Assembly (NCBI GenBank): GCA_963665325.3
Contig: OZ224045.1
Coordinates: forward strand, 672,001 to 736,000
Source: Alphaproteobacteria bacterium
GTDB taxonomy: Bacteria; Pseudomonadota; Alphaproteobacteria; Bin95
DNA: 64,000 bases
Direction: 5' to 3'
Below are positions 60,955 through 64,000 of this stretch, piece after piece. The stretch's first letter is position 1, and each line of letters opens with the position of its first letter. Below the pieces are notes generated by a model that made no database searches, was not told the origin of the DNA, and saw nothing but the letters and a program-made list of their open reading frames with translations. Position numbers and translations under genes: made by a program.

Positions 60955-61338
60955 TCAGAGAACTCGCGCGACATCTGTCCGCACAAAGTCCGTTCCAACG
61001 TGCAGCAAGGGGCAATCATGTGTCTTCGCGATCTCATAAGCGAAGCAGTCGCCGAAGTTCAGACTGGCCGGATGAACGCCTTTACCCCATTGCGCATAGC
61101 AGTCGGCGACACGCCGTGCCACAGCCGGAGAGACGCTGATAATCTCAAACTCGAGCCCATCGACAAGCTCTGCCATTTCCTCGCCGAGACCTCGCCTTTC
61201 GGCCACGATGAGCGCTTCAGCTACCGTTACGGCAGAAATCAGGAGACGGTCGTTCGCCGCGAGAGCATCCGTACAGGCGGCAGCCTCCGGCTCACCCTGC
61301 AGAATCGCCATGAGCGCGGACGTATCGACCGCGATCAA
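60955..61338 (-). CDS. vapC: VapC PIN-domain toxin
   Basis: MIAVDTSAL, LNFGDCFAY, GTDF..TD. Confidence 0.92.
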   Translation of the reverse strand: MIAVDTSALMAILQGEPEAAACTDALAANDRLLISAVTVAEALIVAERRGLGEEMAELVDGLEFEIISVSPAVARRVADCYAQWGKGVHPASLNFGDCFAYEIAKTHDCPLLHVGTDFVRTDVARVL

Positions 61339-61661
61339 TTCGGCAATCCGTCCTCGTCATAGAGGAAGTCCTGACTGCGGGCCGCATCGGAGTCTGTGGC
61401 CCGTTCGCCTGCTTCCCCGAGTTCGTAAAGCGTGCGTAGCGGTTCGCCGCGAACTTTGGAAAGTTCAGCCATCCGCTTGCGAGCGGCAGCCTGCACCGCA
61501 GCAATCACGGCGCGCCGTTTATCTGCATCGGGCCGTCGCCGCACGGGAGCCAGCCTGACGGTCGCCTGACCGTGACGAGTCAGCACAACCTCTTCGCCCG
61601 CCTCTGCGCGGCGTACGAGTTCGGTCAATTGCCCCTTCGCCTCGGTGACGGAAACCCGCAT
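61335..61661 (-). CDS. Phd/YefM-family antitoxin
   Basis: MRVSVTEAKGQLTELVRRAEAGEEVVLTRHG...SQDFLYDEDGLP. Confidence 0.9.
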   Translation of the reverse strand: MRVSVTEAKGQLTELVRRAEAGEEVVLTRHGQATVRLAPVRRRPDADKRRAVIAAVQAAARKRMAELSKVRGEPLRTLYELGEAGERATDSDAARSQDFLYDEDGLPN

Positions 61662-61695
61662 CGGCCTGCTTCCCAGAACGCATACCGGCTCAGCC

Positions 61696-61719
61696 GGATT
61701 ATGGTCCATACCATAGTCC
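61696..61719. promoter_or_regulatory. Putative TA operator palindrome
   Basis: GGATTATGGT-CCAT-ACCATAGTCC (1 mismatch) upstream of the phd gene. Confidence 0.6.
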
Positions 61720-61742
61720 GTTTCAGGGACAAGAGCAAATCT

Positions 61743-63467
61743 TCAGCCAGCAGCCGCCAGTCTGGCCTCCCAGTCCGCCGGCAGCTCGATCTCCCGGGTC
61801 ACGGGGAAGCCGAGAATGCCGTTGTGCGAGAACACATAGGCATTGGTGCGCAGCGGGTCGCCCGCCACCGCAATCCCGAAATCGTCGGGCTCGCATACGA
61901 TGGGCACCATCCGGTCCGGGTCGTCCGATTCGGCGAAGACCTCGGGCGCCTTGCCGAGCGCCACGAGCTCCGTCAGCGAGCGGTGGCCGGGCACCAGGTT
62001 GGTCCAGCCCGAGATATATTGCTCGAACTTCCGGGCCGGCATCCGCGCATGCTCGTACAACCAGTCGCGCATGTCGTCCTTGGAGAGCCCCGAACCCGCG
62101 ATGGTCTCGGCCAGGATCGGCGAGAGCACCAGCAGCGGGCGGTAGGTGCCGGTCGCCATGCCGACGGTGAACACCAGCTCCCAGCCGGACTGCTTGACCA
62201 GCGCATCCGCGAGATAGGGCAGCATCTCTTCCGCCCGGCGCCCGAAAACGGAAGTGATGACATCGCCGCCGGTATAGCGGGAGATTGTGACGGCGTTCGC
62301 CCCTTCCGGCAGGCCCATGTCGGCCGCCGTGTTCGGCCAGCCGATGCGCCTGAGCACATCCTCGTTCTCGGCAAGCGCCACCCGCCAGGTATTGCCGAAT
62401 GTACCCTTGTCCGTCTCATGCGGGATGAAGCCCGCGACATTGCGCAGGTAGAGCCGCCAGAAGCGCCCGATGGAGGTGTTGGCCTGGAAACCGTCCCTGA
62501 GCGCACCCTGCTCGCAGTTGAAATCGAGCGCCTTCGCGATCGGGCCGTTGACCGTAATCAGCGTTTCCGCCCCCGGCGTGTTGCCGGAATGCTCGACGCC
62601 GTATTCCGGGTCGGCCATCGCCTCGGCGAGCGCCACCAGCACCGGCATGTATTCCGGCCGGCAGCCGGCCATGACGCCGTTCGCCGCCACATTCCAGACT
62701 GTCGATGCCCGGTTGTCGGGCGGGACCTTGCCGAGCACCGTGTCGCCCGGCCGGTCCGAGAAGGCGAGGAACCGCTCGATCTTCTCCACCGAAGGCGGCA
62801 CCACCGGCAGCCCGTCGGACCAGCGGTTCTCGTAGAAGAGGCGGTTCACCTCCTCGAAGCTTCCCTCGAACACGATGTCGCGCGCCTCGGGTTCGACCGT
62901 CTCTACCGCCTCGACCGGCGGCTCGGTCAGGTTCGCGATGACAGCGTCCAGCGTCTCGCCCAGCACATTGGAGCGGAGCTCGTTATCGGTTTGCGTATCG
63001 ACATGGCCGGCCACCGGCGCCAGCGGCAGGTTTGGCATCCCCAGCCCCACAGCCGTGGTGCCCGCCTGGCCGACAAAGCCCTCGCAGACCAGCGATGAGG
63101 ACGGCACGCCCGCCGCTTCGGCCACTGCGCTCACCCGCAACACGGCGGGAGTGCAGGAGCCTCAGCAGCCCATCCCGGAGATGATGGCGTCGGCCTTGAG
63201 TTCCTTCAGCCGGTCCGGCAGCGAGGCGATGATCTCGCGCTCCTCGTCGCCGTGGGTCGAGCCGAAGACGTCATAGCCGATGAAATCGACGCCGGGATAG
63301 CGCTCGGACAGCCCGTCCGCCAGCATCGGGAAGATCTCGTCGCCCCGGAACAGGTAGTCCCAGAGAAAGGCGACGCGCTTGCCCTCCAGGTTATCGAGGC
63401 GCGGCGCCAGCGCCTGCAGCGCCTGCGCCTTCTCGCCCCGGGGCCAGACGACGGCATAGTCGGCCAT
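61743..63467 (-). CDS. UGSC selenoprotein domain fused to a GWTDGLP-type domain, 574 aa, Sec102 (TGA 63164-63162 recoded)
   Basis: ORFs 63162-63467 and 61743-63143 are in the same frame, joined as GMGC-TGA-GSCTPAVLR; SECIS-like hairpin follows; later RWSDGLPVVPPS, NGVMAGCRPEY. Confidence 0.88.
63120..63161 (-). promoter_or_regulatory. Putative bacterial SECIS element
   Basis: Minus strand GGC/GCC, CTGC/GCAG, CTC/GAG, GT bulge, CCGC/GCGG, loop CGTGTT 17 nt after UGA. Confidence 0.72.
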
Positions 63468-63546
63468 GGGTTCCTTCTCCCGCTTGAATTGCAGTCGCGG
63501 CGAGGCTGCGACCGGGGGCCTCCCGCGTCAAGGGGCGCGGGATGTC

Positions 63547-64000
63547 CTACGCGAATGGCAGCAGCACGATCGAACCTGTGGTGCGCCGTTCTTCCAGCGC
63601 GCGGTGGACCTCGGCCGCCTCTCGCAGCGGATAACGGTTGCGGACGGTGGCAGGCACCGCGCCCGACGACATGACGTCGAACAGCTCCTTCGCCGAAGCG
63701 ACCAGATCCTCGCGCTTCTCCATGTAGTGCATGATCGCCGGGCGGGTGACGAACAGCGAGCCGCGCGCGCCCAGCTCCACGACATCGACCGGGTCCGGCG
63801 CGCCCGAGGCATGGCCGTAGCACGCCAGCATGCCGAGCGGGCGCAGGCAGTCGAGCGAGCGGGTGAAGGTGTCCTTGCCGATGCTCTCATAGACCACCGG
63901 GCAGCCCTTGCCTTCGGTCACCTCCATCACCAGCGGCACGAAATCCTCGCGTGAATAGATCGCGACATGGTCGGCGCCGTGTGCCTTCGCCAGTTCCGCC
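63547..64000 (-). CDS. qor: NADPH:quinone oxidoreductase (zeta-crystallin family), C-terminal part; 5' end outside window
   Basis: VVYESIGKDTF..SLDCL, YGHASG, GSLFVTRP, AH/VH.ALE.R.TTGS.VL. Confidence 0.88.
   Translation of the reverse strand, partial: AELAKAHGADHVAIYSREDFVPLVMEVTEGKGCPVVYESIGKDTFTRSLDCLRPLGMLACYGHASGAPDPVDVVELGARGSLFVTRPAIMHYMEKREDLVASAKELFDVMSSGAVPATVRNRYPLREAAEVHRALEERRTTGSIVLLPFA

Overview
High-GC alphaproteobacterial chromosome segment. Gene content suggests Rhodospirillales-like, and the FN3-repeat adhesin plus several luciferase-like oxidoreductases resemble marine invertebrate-associated lineages; both points are inference. The housekeeping backbone is coaD-gyrA-ssb, uvrA, pgeF-methyltransferase-lgt, uvrC, tRNA-Gln and tRNA-Lys. 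Accessory genes include TRAP and Zn uptake systems, a molybdo-hydroxylase cluster and three toxin-antitoxin pairs. Main observations: (1) Two genes split by the ORF track are UGA-recoded UGSC-type selenoproteins (DUGSCTSC at 25660; CUGSCTP at 63164), each with a SECIS-like hairpin. With three paralogues of an uncharacterised GWTDGLP domain, a CPTC thioredoxin domain and a compact thioredoxin reductase, they define a candidate selenium/thioredoxin-dependent reductase system. (2) A 4384-bp TG...CA transposon with a 5-bp target duplication (30619-35002) encodes a Zn-finger/HTH protein, a DDE transposase, an ExeA/TnsC-like ATPase and, unusually, a RepA-like helicase followed by an iteron-like array and stable hairpins. 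(3) That transposon interrupts a reconstructable 4340-aa autotransporter adhesin with about 34 FN3 domains. (4) An unexplained structured, repeat-rich non-coding element lies between ssb and uvrA. Family assignments are from motif recognition only; no searches were run.
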